Below, in pieces: positions 8,093-17,723 of a DNA stretch of 41,798 nucleotides. The notes beneath the pieces were generated by a model. That model was given only the letters and a program-made list of their open reading frames with translations. It searched no databases and was not told where the DNA came from. Where the stretch lies: the NCBI GenBank assembly GCA_046754265.1, contig JBHHVM010000001.1, positions 1 through 41,798 of the forward strand. Reading direction: 5' to 3'. The translations under genes were made by a program, and so were the position numbers. This DNA comes from Phycisphaerae bacterium (GTDB taxonomy: Bacteria > Planctomycetota > Phycisphaerae > UBA1845). Positions within the stretch are counted from its first letter, which is position 1; each line of letters starts with the position of its first letter.

Positions 8093-9295
8093 ATGCCTGA
8101 TTTCGCATCCGCCATCGACGAGCTGCGTGCCGATTTGGTCGCCCTGCGTCACGATTTACACGCCCACCCGGAACTGGCCTATGACGAACATCGCACAGCC
8201 GAGCGCGTGCTGCGCGAAATCCAAGGCCTCAAGAACCTGCACATCCGCCACGGATTGGCCGGCACCGGCATCGTGGCCACAATCAACCCCGATCGGCCCG
8301 GGCCCTGCGTCGCCCTGCGCGCCGATATGGACGCCCTGCCCCTACAAGAAGAAAACCCCTACCTGCCCTATGCCTCGACCTGTCCGGGCAAGATGCACGC
8401 CTGCGGCCATGACGGGCACACCACCTGCCTGGTCGGGGCGGTCAAGGTCCTCTCGCGCTTCGCCGAGGAACTGCCCGGCACCGTCAAGTGCATTTTTCAA
8501 CCGGCTGAGGAGTCCGGCGCGGGGGGCCAAAAGCTGGTGGAGGACGAAGGGGTATTGTCCGACCCGACGGTCGACGCCGCCTTCGCCCTGCACGGCTGGC
8601 CCCAGGCCGATGTCGGGCAGGTCATCGTCGGCACCGGGCCGGTCCTGGCCGCGGCGGCGGAATTTGATGTGACCTTACGTGGCACCGGCGCTCACGCCGC
8701 CTATCCCCACACGGGCAACGATCTGGTCGTCGCCGCCGCCCAGATGGTGACCGCCCTGCAAACCGTCTCTTCCCGTTGGGACCCGGTGGACCCGGTGGTG
8801 GTTTCGATCTGTCATCTGGCGGCTGGGCATACCTACAACGTGTTGCCCGACACCTGCCGCCTCAAAGGCACGGTTCGGGCGCTAAACCAGGATTCGCACG
8901 CCAAGGTGTTGGACCGAGTCCGGCAGGTGATGACCCACGTCGCCGGGGCGTTCGAGTGCCAGGCCCAACTGGAGGTCCACCCGGGCTACCCCGCCCTGGA
9001 AAACGACGCGACCTGTGCCGACCTGGTAGCCCGGGTCGCCACGGACCTGTTGGGAACCGACGCGGTGACCACTGACCCACCGTCGGGCATGGGCGGGGAG
9101 GATTTCGCCTTCTTCGCCCGCCAGGTGCCAGCCGCGTGGTACCGCATCGGGGTCTGCCCGACGGATCAGCCCTCCTATCCAGCCCTGCACAGCCCCCAGT
9201 TCGACTTTGCCGATCAGGCCATCGAGGTTGGCGTCCAGATGCACTGCCGAATCGCCCAACGCTTTCTGACGGAAACGGCTTCGAGCCCCTCGTAG
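8093..9295 (+). CDS. M20D-family amidohydrolase (N-acyl-amino-acid / hippurate hydrolase type)
   Basis: 400 aa with HAHPELAYDEHRT, MHACGHDGH and FQPAEE metal-binding blocks typical of M20 peptidase/amidohydrolases. Confidence 0.85.
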   Translation: MPDFASAIDELRADLVALRHDLHAHPELAYDEHRTAERVLREIQGLKNLHIRHGLAGTGIVATINPDRPGPCVALRADMDALPLQEENPYLPYASTCPGKMHACGHDGHTTCLVGAVKVLSRFAEELPGTVKCIFQPAEESGAGGQKLVEDEGVLSDPTVDAAFALHGWPQADVGQVIVGTGPVLAAAAEFDVTLRGTGAHAAYPHTGNDLVVAAAQMVTALQTVSSRWDPVDPVVVSICHLAAGHTYNVLPDTCRLKGTVRALNQDSHAKVLDRVRQVMTHVAGAFECQAQLEVHPGYPALENDATCADLVARVATDLLGTDAVTTDPPSGMGGEDFAFFARQVPAAWYRIGVCPTDQPSYPALHSPQFDFADQAIEVGVQMHCRIAQRFLTETASSPS

Positions 9296-9532
9296 AGCCT
9301 TGGCGGAACGTTGGGGCCACACGCGCTGCCCGTGATCGGCGGCCAGATAAACTTTCACTGGAATAATTATGCGCTTATACGGGACACCAAGCCCGTCGAT
9401 GGTCAAGAACGGCGGGCCCCTGTTGAGTCATCGGCACCGAAAACCGGCGCAGGATTCGAGGCCCCACATCGAGGTGACCCGTCGGAAGCGGCCTCTCAGG
9501 GCCCGGATGAACCCGGATGTTGCCAAGGAGCC

Positions 9533-11056
9533 ATGCGGTTGACCACGGTCTGCGCTGAACACCTACCCGAAGCGGTAACTCAGTTCAATGAGATGTTGGA
9601 CCGGGCTGCCCGAGAGCTTTACCACCAGATCAACTACGTGGGCGACATTGCCGCGTCGGTAGAAGCCGTGGCCAGTTGCCTCAAGCCCGTCGAGGACGAC
9701 GGGCTCGATGCCGCTTTTGCAGACGTCAACAACGAGTTGATCCGGGTGGCCGGCACCGTGGTAGAGGGGTGCCGGGCGTCGTTGCAAGCGTGTCAGCGCA
9801 CCCATGGAATCCTGGCGGAGTCCATTGCCTCATTCGCTCAACTGCACTCAACGTTCGACCGTTTGACGCAAAGCAGCGAGAAGATCGAAGCGGTGGCTGA
9901 CACGATTGAGGAGTTCGCCGCCCAGACGAGTCTGTTGGCGCTCAACGCCCGGATCGAAGCCGCCCGGGCCGGCCAACACGGGCGCGGGTTTGCGGTGGTC
10001 AGCGAAGAGGTGGGCAAGTTGGCCCACCGCATCAAGACCGAATCGGACTCGATCCAGACGGCCGTGGAAGAGATTACGGGCTGCGTCTCCCAGGCCGGTG
10101 AGATGATCGCCGCAGAGGTCGACAGAAGTCACGAGCAGGAATCGGCCGTCGCGGCCATGATCGAAACCAACGAGCGACTGTTGGCTGATGGACGTTGCGT
10201 CCCGCAGATGGTCGAACGTCTGGACCAGTTCCTCGAACCGCTCGAGCGAGCCCGGGAAGCCATCAGTCACAACCAGATGGCCCGCGTGGCAGCGGCCAAC
10301 GTGGACCGCAACATCAAGAGCATCCATCGGGCCATCCGCCGGGCAGCACCCCAAGGTGCCGACCGTGGCAGTGGGGGTGGGCTCGTTTCGTTGGAGCAAT
10401 TCGTCGATCGATTTGCCGAGCAGCTTACCGAAGGGGTGGATCCTCCTATCGAGTCCATGCTCCAGGAACTCCTCGATACCGGTGCCTCCGGCGTGGAGTG
10501 CCTGGACGCCGTGGGCAAAGCCGTTCAAGCCGCCAACATGCGGCAGAAGCGCCGGCACGTCTCGGTGGGCGACTATTACCTGAACTATCTGGCTGTGGAG
10601 CGGGCGATTAGCCGGCTCAAAGACCGCCTCCCTTCAGCGCCGCAATCCGACATGAAAGTGGTCCTGGGCAACGCCCGGGGCGACTACCACAGCCTGGGTC
10701 GAGAGATGGTCGGGCTGTTTTTGCAGTCTTCGGGGATCGGGGTGATCGACGTCGGCCTGGGGGCCGAGGTGCCCACGTTCGTCGATGCCGTCGCCCGAAG
10801 TGGGGCCAAGGTGGTCGGAGTCTCGTCCTTGCTGGTGGAGTCCGCCAAGCAGATCACCGTCCTGCGCAGCGCCCTGAACCGGCGCGGGCTCGGTTCGGTC
10901 AAGATCGTGGCTGGTGGCGCCTGCTTCACGGTGGACCGCGAGTTCGCCTTTGAGGTCGGGGCCGATCACGTGGCCAGCGCCGCCAGCGACATCATCAACC
11001 TTGTCCAACGGGTTTACGGACACAGCCCATTGGTCTCGGGGGAGGCGTCGCGATGA
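9533..11056 (+). CDS. soluble methyl-accepting chemotaxis signalling domain fused to a C-terminal B12-binding (corrinoid) module
   Basis: Track ORF 9311-11056. The start is placed at ATG 9533, preceded by AAGGAG (9525-9530). The MCP hairpin-tip signature [41 protein letters not shown] lies at 9908-10030. The C-terminal Rossmann-like block [16 protein letters not shown]...VVGVSSLL...KIVAGGA carries a DxHxxG motif (10682-10699) and is preceded by a helical cap region. No TM, HAMP or PAS segment is visible. Confidence 0.8.
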   Translation: MRLTTVCAEHLPEAVTQFNEMLDRAARELYHQINYVGDIAASVEAVASCLKPVEDDGLDAAFADVNNELIRVAGTVVEGCRASLQACQRTHGILAESIASFAQLHSTFDRLTQSSEKIEAVADTIEEFAAQTSLLALNARIEAARAGQHGRGFAVVSEEVGKLAHRIKTESDSIQTAVEEITGCVSQAGEMIAAEVDRSHEQESAVAAMIETNERLLADGRCVPQMVERLDQFLEPLERAREAISHNQMARVAAANVDRNIKSIHRAIRRAAPQGADRGSGGGLVSLEQFVDRFAEQLTEGVDPPIESMLQELLDTGASGVECLDAVGKAVQAANMRQKRRHVSVGDYYLNYLAVERAISRLKDRLPSAPQSDMKVVLGNARGDYHSLGREMVGLFLQSSGIGVIDVGLGAEVPTFVDAVARSGAKVVGVSSLLVESAKQITVLRSALNRRGLGSVKIVAGGACFTVDREFAFEVGADHVASAASDIINLVQRVYGHSPLVSGEASR

Positions 11057-12162
11057 ATTCCATTGAACGGGTCCTGGCGGCGCTAACCTTCGGCAAAGCA
11101 GCGCACGGTCCGCCCGATCGGGTGCCGGTTCTGCCGGTTCCGCTGATGCAGGGAGCGCTGGTCTGCGACTGCACGGTGGCTGAGTATTTCGCCATGCCCG
11201 CCGGGCGTATCGCGGAGGCCCAGACCCGCATCAACGAAATGTTCGACGGCATTCCCGACGGGGTGGCGGGTTTTCCACACGTTATCGAGGACGTGACCGC
11301 CTTCGGCGTGGAGTTGGTGCAACACTACCCCAACAGCACGCCAGCCATCGAAGGCATGAGGATCACCGACTTCGAGCAGATCGACGGCTTGAAATGCCCA
11401 TCACCGAAATCGTCCCCCACGCTCCGCAAGACGCTGGAGATCATCGCCCAGCTGGCCGGCGGCATCGGCGAGGAAAAACTGGTCATCGGGGCGGCCATCG
11501 CGCCGTTCAGCCTGCCCAGCATGTTGATGGGTACCTCCAAGTGGATGCGCCTGCTGTTTACCCCCGCGCTGCGAAACCGGTATTTCGAGCGGATCATGGA
11601 CACCTGCCAACGCTTTGTGGTCGATTGGGCCACGCTGCAGCTTCAGGCGGGGGCCCACGTGGTGGTGCTGGCCGACGGCATGGCCTCTGCCACCATGCTG
11701 CCCCGCAACACCTTCCAAGAATTCGCCTTCCCGGTGATCCGCAACACCATCGAGCAAATACAAGGGATGGTGGCTTATGAGGCGGTAGGTCGGATCGAAC
11801 CCCACGTCGATTTATGCGCCAACATCGGCGCAGTGGGCCTGCTGATCGGCCAAGAGGACGACATTGCCAACTGCAAGAAGAAACTGAACGGCCGAGCCGG
11901 CCTGATCGGCAACGTCAACAACTTGAAGATGCGCCGCTGGTCGCCCGCCCGAATCGAAATGCAGGCCAAGACCGCCCTAAAAGCCGGTGCCCCCGGGTTT
12001 GGTTTCGCCCTGGCAAATCAAGGCCCCGAGATTCCGTTCGACACGTCGCTGGACGGTATCGGAGCCCTGATCCGCGCCGTCGAAAAGTACGGCCGATACG
12101 ATCGCAACGTGGACGCAGACTCTGCCGCCCCGCCGCCGCGGCACCAAACCGTAGGCTGCTGA
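11053..12162 (+). CDS. uroporphyrinogen decarboxylase (URO-D) family protein, MtaA/CmuA-like methyltransferase fold
   Basis: 369 aa with ATGA overlap onto the preceding gene. The N-terminal [22 protein letters not shown], the central [14 protein letters not shown]...[12 protein letters not shown] and the C-terminal [19 protein letters not shown] blocks resemble URO-D/MtaA-family TIM barrels. Confidence 0.75.
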   Translation: MNSIERVLAALTFGKAAHGPPDRVPVLPVPLMQGALVCDCTVAEYFAMPAGRIAEAQTRINEMFDGIPDGVAGFPHVIEDVTAFGVELVQHYPNSTPAIEGMRITDFEQIDGLKCPSPKSSPTLRKTLEIIAQLAGGIGEEKLVIGAAIAPFSLPSMLMGTSKWMRLLFTPALRNRYFERIMDTCQRFVVDWATLQLQAGAHVVVLADGMASATMLPRNTFQEFAFPVIRNTIEQIQGMVAYEAVGRIEPHVDLCANIGAVGLLIGQEDDIANCKKKLNGRAGLIGNVNNLKMRRWSPARIEMQAKTALKAGAPGFGFALANQGPEIPFDTSLDGIGALIRAVEKYGRYDRNVDADSAAPPPRHQTVGC

Positions 12163-12258
12163 GAAGAACGTCGGGCGATCGAAGCTGGACGAGTCGGCCA
12201 ACGCCAAGCACCTCACGTCGAATCCATCGCTGGACAACCCAAGCGAGAATCGAACAGA

Positions 12259-14586
12259 ATGCACGCCATGTCCGCAAGGAAGCAGGCTCGAAGTTTGGCA
12301 ACCGCCTTGGCGCTCCTGGCCATCATCTGGGGTTGTCCGGGAGTGGGATGTCGCCGACACAACGCCCAGGATGACGGTGCGAACGTTAGACCGGTGGACC
12401 CGCCCCCCCCCTCGTCGAACGCCGGACCCTCCTCGGCCGCAAGAACCGGCCCGGCGCGGTCGGGCCATCAAAGAATGGTCGATCTTTTGGCTGGAGTCGC
12501 CGAACGGATGCGCGACAAGAGCGAGGTTCTGGGCACCGCCCGCGCCCGGGAGTTGGGCGAAAGGTTGGCCCGGCTCGATCCGGCAGCCGGCGCCAAGGAG
12601 CGGTGGGAATTGCACGTGGAGGCGGCCACCGCCGAACTGATTCTGGGCCACGAGGCCAAGGCCGTTGAACATTTCACCGCCGCTTATCGGCTCAAGGATG
12701 AGGCCGATCTGGTTGATGCCGTCCGGGCCCGGACGACGCTCGAACTGGGCATGGCCTACATGCGGTTGGGCGAAACTCAGAATTGCTGCCAAAAAAACGT
12801 GCCCGACAGTTGCATTCTGCCCATCCGCAAGGGCGGAGTGCATACGCAACGCCGGGGATCGACCCAGGCCATCCGATACTTCACGGAGGTTCTGGAGACC
12901 ACGCCGGACGGCGCCCTGCGCCAGACAGCCGAGTGGTTGCTCAACATCGCCTACATGACTCTGGGGGATTATCCCGGCAAGGTCCCGCCCGAATTCCGCG
13001 TGGACCCCGCAAACTTCAAGAGCCGGGTCGAGTTTCCCCGATTCACGAACATCGCCCCCAGCTTGCACCTGGAGACTTTTAACCTGTGCGGGTGCGCCGT
13101 CGTCGATGACTTCGACGGCGACGGCTACCTCGACATCCTGACGTCGTCGTGGGACACCTCGCAGCAGATGCGCTTTTTCCACAGCGAAGGCGACGGCACC
13201 TTCAGCGACAAAACCGACGACGCGGGCCTGATCGGGCTGCTGGGCGGCTTCAACATGAAACAGGCCGACTTCGACAACGACGGCGATCTGGATGTGGTGA
13301 TCCTGCGCGGGGGTTGGTTGTGGGGCGAAGGGCGGCTTCCCAATTCCCTGCTGCGCAACAATGGAGACGCGACCTTCACCGACGTGACGTTCGAGGCGGG
13401 GCTGGGGCGGGTTCATTATCCTACCCAAACCGCCGGCTGGGCGGACTATGACAACGACGGCGACCTGGACCTGTTCATCGGAAACGAAACCGGCGACACG
13501 GTCAAAGCCCCCTGCCAGCTCTTTAGAAACCGCGGAGACGGGACCTTCATCGACGTGGCCAAGAAGGCGGGCGTGCAAAACTGGGGTTATGCCAAAGCCG
13601 TGACCTGGGGCGACTACGACAACGACGATTGGCCGGACCTCTACGTCTCCAACTACCTGGGGCCTAATCAACTCTACCACAACAAACACGATGGGACCTT
13701 TGAAAGCGTCGGAGCCGAGTGCGACGTCTCGGTGCCGTACAACAGTTTTCCGGTGTGGTTCTGGGACTTTGACAACGACGGCGCTTTGGACCTTTTTGTG
13801 ACCAGTTACGAATACTATGACGGGGTCGGTAAGGTGGCTGCCCACATGCTGGCGGGCAGCGCGATGTTCGAGCATCCCCGCCTGTACCGCGGAGACGGGC
13901 GAGGCGGCTTTAAGGACGTGGCCGTGGAGTTAGGCCTGGATCGCCCCATGTACCCCATGGGTTCCAATTACGGCGACTTGAACAACGATGGCTTCTTGGA
14001 CTTCTACTTGGGCACCGGCGACCCCGATTTCAAGAGCCTGATGCCCAACTTGATGTTTCTCAATCTCCAGGGAAAGAAGTTTGCCGACGTGACCATGGCT
14101 GGGGGGTTTGGACACTTACAAAAGGGGCATGGTGTCGCCTTTGCCGATCTGGACAACGACGGCGATCTGGACGTCTATGAGCAGATGGGCGGGTGGTTTC
14201 CAGGCGACAAGTTCAACGATTGTCTCTACGAGAACCCCGGATTCGGTCATCACTGGATCGGCGTCAAACTCGAGGGCGTCAAATCCAATCGGTCCGCCAT
14301 CGGGGCCCGCATCGTGGCCCACATCACCGAGAACGGCCAATCCCGATCCATTCACCGCCGGGTCAACAGCGGCGGCAGCTTCGGCGCCAACCCGCTGCGT
14401 CAGACTATCGGATTGGGAAAGGCCAACCGCGTCGACCGACTGGAAATCTACTGGCCCACCAGTGGTATCAGGCAAATCTTCCGCGACGTGGCCGCCGACC
14501 AGATCATCCACATCGTGGAGGACACCAACGCCTACACGGTGATCCAACTCGATCGGCTGCGCCTGCACGCCCGAACGGACGGCTGA
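12259..14586 (+). CDS. CRTAC1-family lipoprotein: helical/TPR-like N-region, seven FG-GAP/VCBS repeats, ASPIC/UnbV C-terminal domain
   Basis: 775 aa with a lipobox-like LALLAIIWGC. There are seven Ca-binding-type loops (DFDGDGYLD, DFDNDGDLD, DYDNDGDLD, DYDNDDWPD, DFDNDGALD, DLNNDGFLD, DLDNDGDLD). The C-terminal block is HHWIGVKLEGVKSNRSAIGARI...GGSFGANPL. Confidence 0.85.
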   Translation: MHAMSARKQARSLATALALLAIIWGCPGVGCRRHNAQDDGANVRPVDPPPPSSNAGPSSAARTGPARSGHQRMVDLLAGVAERMRDKSEVLGTARARELGERLARLDPAAGAKERWELHVEAATAELILGHEAKAVEHFTAAYRLKDEADLVDAVRARTTLELGMAYMRLGETQNCCQKNVPDSCILPIRKGGVHTQRRGSTQAIRYFTEVLETTPDGALRQTAEWLLNIAYMTLGDYPGKVPPEFRVDPANFKSRVEFPRFTNIAPSLHLETFNLCGCAVVDDFDGDGYLDILTSSWDTSQQMRFFHSEGDGTFSDKTDDAGLIGLLGGFNMKQADFDNDGDLDVVILRGGWLWGEGRLPNSLLRNNGDATFTDVTFEAGLGRVHYPTQTAGWADYDNDGDLDLFIGNETGDTVKAPCQLFRNRGDGTFIDVAKKAGVQNWGYAKAVTWGDYDNDDWPDLYVSNYLGPNQLYHNKHDGTFESVGAECDVSVPYNSFPVWFWDFDNDGALDLFVTSYEYYDGVGKVAAHMLAGSAMFEHPRLYRGDGRGGFKDVAVELGLDRPMYPMGSNYGDLNNDGFLDFYLGTGDPDFKSLMPNLMFLNLQGKKFADVTMAGGFGHLQKGHGVAFADLDNDGDLDVYEQMGGWFPGDKFNDCLYENPGFGHHWIGVKLEGVKSNRSAIGARIVAHITENGQSRSIHRRVNSGGSFGANPLRQTIGLGKANRVDRLEIYWPTSGIRQIFRDVAADQIIHIVEDTNAYTVIQLDRLRLHARTDG

Positions 14587-14592
14587 GTTGCA

Positions 14593-14618
14593 GCGTCATT
14601 GACATGAGACCATGACGC
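14593..14618. terminator. hairpin between convergent genes (7-bp stem GCGTCAT/ATGACGC, 12-nt loop)
   Basis: Inverted repeat seen at 14593-14599 and 14612-14618, in the 65-nt gap between the CRTAC1-like gene and the 14652-15407 gene. There is no U-tract. Confidence 0.25.
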
Positions 14619-14651
14619 CACCTGGCACGCACAGCCAAAGACATTCAACGG

Positions 14652-15407
14652 TTAACGGCGCCGAGCCATGCGCCCTTGCAGGGGCTCGACGATCAGCTTG
14701 GTCCAGCCGTCATCAACCTGCACGCTGCGGATGAAGTAAGGCCGATCGCCGTTTTTCCAGATGAGCGGGCCGGGGACGCGTTGACCCTGACTGAGAAAGG
14801 ACAGGGCTGGGCCGTCGCGCATCTTTTGCACCGCCCTGGCCAGTTCGTCCGGCAAGCTGTCGGGATCGAGTCGCTGACTATGAATGAGCTGTTCCACCGG
14901 GCCCGCCAGCGAAGCCAGGGGAATGGGCAATGCCCCAGCCGTCACTTCTTCGAGCCGCAGGATGAGATCGTCGCCTAGCGTTTCGATCGAGAAATGGGCC
15001 CCCACGATGGACTGCCAGGCCCCGCGATCCAACCTGGCCCCCAAGACAATTCGCCCGGGCGTAAAGGCCACCATCGGGTCTTTGAGCCATTCGGGCAACC
15101 ACTCGTCAGCGTCGGGCCAGATTTGTCCGCGGGCGGCGCACCATTCGGTCACCATCTGATCGGTCAGGGATATCTCGAAACGGTCGCCCTTGACGATGCG
15201 GTCACTGATGTCTCGGAAGGTGTTGGTCAAACTGTCGCGAACGCGCTGCAGCTCACCATCGGCCACGCGGACAGGTCGATACCAGTCGGGAATGTGCCGC
15301 AGGCCCAGCCAACCGGCACCTGCGACCAGCGACACTCCGCCCAATAACAGCAGCAGAATGCGCCGCAGCCAGCGCCGCCGCTTGCGCCGTCTCGTGCTTG
15401 AGTTCAC
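14652..15407 (-). CDS. hypothetical membrane-anchored protein
   Basis: 251 aa with a GTG start. It has an Arg-rich N-terminus (RRRKRRRWLRR), one TM helix (ILLLLLGGVSLVAGAGWLGL) and a soluble domain without recognisable motifs. It sits 74 nt downstream of rho on the same strand. Confidence 0.6.
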   Translation of the reverse strand: MNSSTRRRKRRRWLRRILLLLLGGVSLVAGAGWLGLRHIPDWYRPVRVADGELQRVRDSLTNTFRDISDRIVKGDRFEISLTDQMVTEWCAARGQIWPDADEWLPEWLKDPMVAFTPGRIVLGARLDRGAWQSIVGAHFSIETLGDDLILRLEEVTAGALPIPLASLAGPVEQLIHSQRLDPDSLPDELARAVQKMRDGPALSFLSQGQRVPGPLIWKNGDRPYFIRSVQVDDGWTKLIVEPLQGRMARRR

Positions 15408-15481
15408 CCGGGGGCCCTTGTCACCGGTTCATGCTCGACGCGCCCAGCGCGCCTGCGGGTATGCATTCCGACCCGTAAGAA

Positions 15482-16978
15482 TCAGGCCAGGTTCATGGTC
15501 ATCAGGAACTCGGCGTTGGTTTTGGTCTTGGCCAATCGCCCGCTGAGCAGTTCCATGGCTTCGACCACGTTCATGTCGCTCAGCACGCGACGCAGGCGGT
15601 AGACCAGTTCCAACTCCTTGGGGTCCAGCAACCATTCCTCTTTGCGGGTGCCGCTGGCCGCCACGTCGATCGCCGGCCAAACTCGTTTTTCCACCAGACG
15701 GCGGTCCAGGTGCAACTCGCTGTTGCCGGTTCCTTTGAACTCCTCAAAGATGACCTCGTCCATCTTGGAGCCGGTGTCCACCAGGGCGGTGCCGATGATG
15801 GTCAGCGAGCCCCCTTCCTCCAACTTGCGGGCCGCCCCGAAGAACCGCTTGGGTTTTTGCAGGGCGTTGGCATCGACACCACCGGACAGGATTTTGCCCG
15901 AGTGGGGCACCTCGGTGTTGTAGGCCCGCGCCAAACGGGTGATGGAGTCCAGCAGGATGACCACGTCCTTGCCGTACTCGACCATGCGGCGGGCCTTTTC
16001 AATGACCATCTCGGTCACTTGAATGTGCCGCGCCGTCGGCTCGTCGAACGTGGAACTGACCACCTCGGCCATCGTGCTCCGCTCCATTTCGGTCACTTCC
16101 TCGGGCCGTTCGTCGATCAGCAGCACAAAGACGTAGGTCTCCGGATGGTTGCGAGCGATGGAATTGGCCATCTTGCGCAATAGCACGGTCTTGCCGGTAC
16201 GCGGCGGGGCCACGATCAGCATGCGCTGACCCTTGCCGATAGGCGTGACCAGGTCCACCACGCGCATGTTCAACTCGCCGGGCCCGGACTCCAGCAAGAG
16301 TCGGCCCTGCCCGGGATTGTCCTCATCGCCCGGGTGCAGCGGAGTGAGGTCCTCGAAGTTGGTCTTCTCGGTGACGCACTCGGGGTCCTCCAGGTTGATG
16401 GCCTCGACGCGCAGCAACGCGAAGTAGCGCTCGGATTCTTTGGGCGGGCGGATTTGGCCGGCCACCACGTGTCCGGTGCGCAACCCGAAGCGGCGAATTT
16501 GTGACGGCGACACATAGATGTCATCCGGACAAGGCAGGTAGTTGTACTCGGGTGAGCGCAGAAACCCGAAGCCGTCCGGCAGGATTTCCAACACGCCCTC
16601 GCCGTACATCAGCCCGTTCTTGTTGATCCGCTCTTTGAGGATCTTGAAGACCAGGTCCTGCTTTTTCAGGCCGGTGTATTCCTCCAAACCTTCGCCCTTG
16701 GCCACTTCGTGCAGCTCGGCGACGGTCATCTTCTGCAGTTCGGTGATGTGCGTGTCGCCGCGCTTGATCTCTTCATACTTGGCGTGGGTCTCGGCATCGA
16801 TGGCGGTGTCGCCGCTGCCGTCGCTCCCCCCGGGAGCACCGACCATTTGATCGAGGTCGACGCCGAAGTCATCGTCGGCCACTGCCACGTCACTCTTGGA
16901 AGCTTTGCTCTTGGTATCGACGGACGACTTGGCGGTCCGTTTCTTGGTGCCGGCCTTGCGTGTACTGGCCTTGGCCAT
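15482..16978 (-). CDS. rho: transcription termination factor Rho with about 75-aa N-terminal low-complexity extension
   Basis: Track ORF 15482-17164. The start is placed at ATG 16978 (MAKASTRK...) with AGGAGG 9 nt upstream. It aligns by eye with E. coli Rho: [37 protein letters not shown], Walker [29 protein letters not shown]. Confidence 0.95.
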   Translation of the reverse strand: MAKASTRKAGTKKRTAKSSVDTKSKASKSDVAVADDDFGVDLDQMVGAPGGSDGSGDTAIDAETHAKYEEIKRGDTHITELQKMTVAELHEVAKGEGLEEYTGLKKQDLVFKILKERINKNGLMYGEGVLEILPDGFGFLRSPEYNYLPCPDDIYVSPSQIRRFGLRTGHVVAGQIRPPKESERYFALLRVEAINLEDPECVTEKTNFEDLTPLHPGDEDNPGQGRLLLESGPGELNMRVVDLVTPIGKGQRMLIVAPPRTGKTVLLRKMANSIARNHPETYVFVLLIDERPEEVTEMERSTMAEVVSSTFDEPTARHIQVTEMVIEKARRMVEYGKDVVILLDSITRLARAYNTEVPHSGKILSGGVDANALQKPKRFFGAARKLEEGGSLTIIGTALVDTGSKMDEVIFEEFKGTGNSELHLDRRLVEKRVWPAIDVAASGTRKEEWLLDPKELELVYRLRRVLSDMNVVEAMELLSGRLAKTKTNAEFLMTMNLA

Positions 16979-17096
16979 GGAATGAATCCTCCTGCTGTTC
17001 TGCTGTTGGGGCCCCAACCTTCCAGGTCGGGTGTTCTGATTGCTTTGGGAAGGTCCCGATGGTCTTTCCAAACCCGGCTGAATCAAATCGGAAACG

Positions 17097-17723
17097 TTAG
17101 GTACCGGATGTTTCAGCGAGCAGAGTGGAAAGGAGACTTTTAACTTGGGAGCGTAGCTCGTCAAGCCCCGAATTGTTGACCACTATATGATCGGCCCTTG
17201 ACCTCTTGTTGTCCAGCGCTTCTTGCGACTTTTCTCGCTGCCGCCATTGGTGGGGCGTCCAGCCCCGCACCGCCTGGACCCGCCGGCAGCGATCCTCCTT
17301 AGAAGCCTCTACGAATATCACCACGTCGCACCGCCGGTCCAGACCCGTCTCAAACAGCAAAGGGCTGTCCAGCGCAACCGCCCGAATCTCGGGGTCGGCC
17401 TGGTACGCCTCGATCAAATCCTCGCGGCGTGCGGCTATCCGGGGATGGAGCAACCCCTCCACCCGATCTCGGGCTTCCGCGTCAGAGAAGATCACCCGGG
17501 CCAGGGCCCGGCGATCGATACAACCTGGCCGATCGCGAACAGATTCCCCAAACCACTCGACCAGCTTGGCCACAACTTCCGGACAGGCCAACGCCTCGCG
17601 GTTGAGCGCGTCGGAATCGATCACCCCAAGACCGCTCTCGGCGAGAATACTCGCCACGGTGGACTTGCCTGATCCGATCCCGCCAGCCAAGCCCAACACC
17701 AGCTTTCGCCGGCCTGTGGTCAC
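17097..17723 (-). CDS. coaE: dephospho-CoA kinase
   Basis: 208 aa with a GTG start. It has an N-terminal P-loop [13 protein letters not shown] followed by VIDSDAL, and the typical CoaE length and layout. Confidence 0.9.
   Translation of the reverse strand: MTTGRRKLVLGLAGGIGSGKSTVASILAESGLGVIDSDALNREALACPEVVAKLVEWFGESVRDRPGCIDRRALARVIFSDAEARDRVEGLLHPRIAARREDLIEAYQADPEIRAVALDSPLLFETGLDRRCDVVIFVEASKEDRCRRVQAVRGWTPHQWRQREKSQEALDNKRSRADHIVVNNSGLDELRSQVKSLLSTLLAETSGT

Noticed and set aside
9296-9532. Possible cobalamin riboswitch upstream of the B12-binding chemoreceptor gene. The 237-nt gap includes a local AT-rich patch at about 9346-9381.
   Set aside because: I could not find a B12-box-like core or the conserved GCCACUG-type element by eye. 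The AT-rich patch is more simply a promoter region. An Rfam scan would be needed to exclude it formally.
11977-13875. 632-aa minus-strand ORF, one of the longest in the track
   Set aside because: From 12259 on it lies antisense to the CRTAC1-like gene (12259-14586), which has seven clear FG-GAP/VCBS repeats. Its first 280 nt overlap the URO-D gene end and the intergenic gap. The minus-strand product is Val/Gly/Arg/His/Pro-rich with no motifs, which is typical of a mirror-frame ORF in GC-rich DNA.
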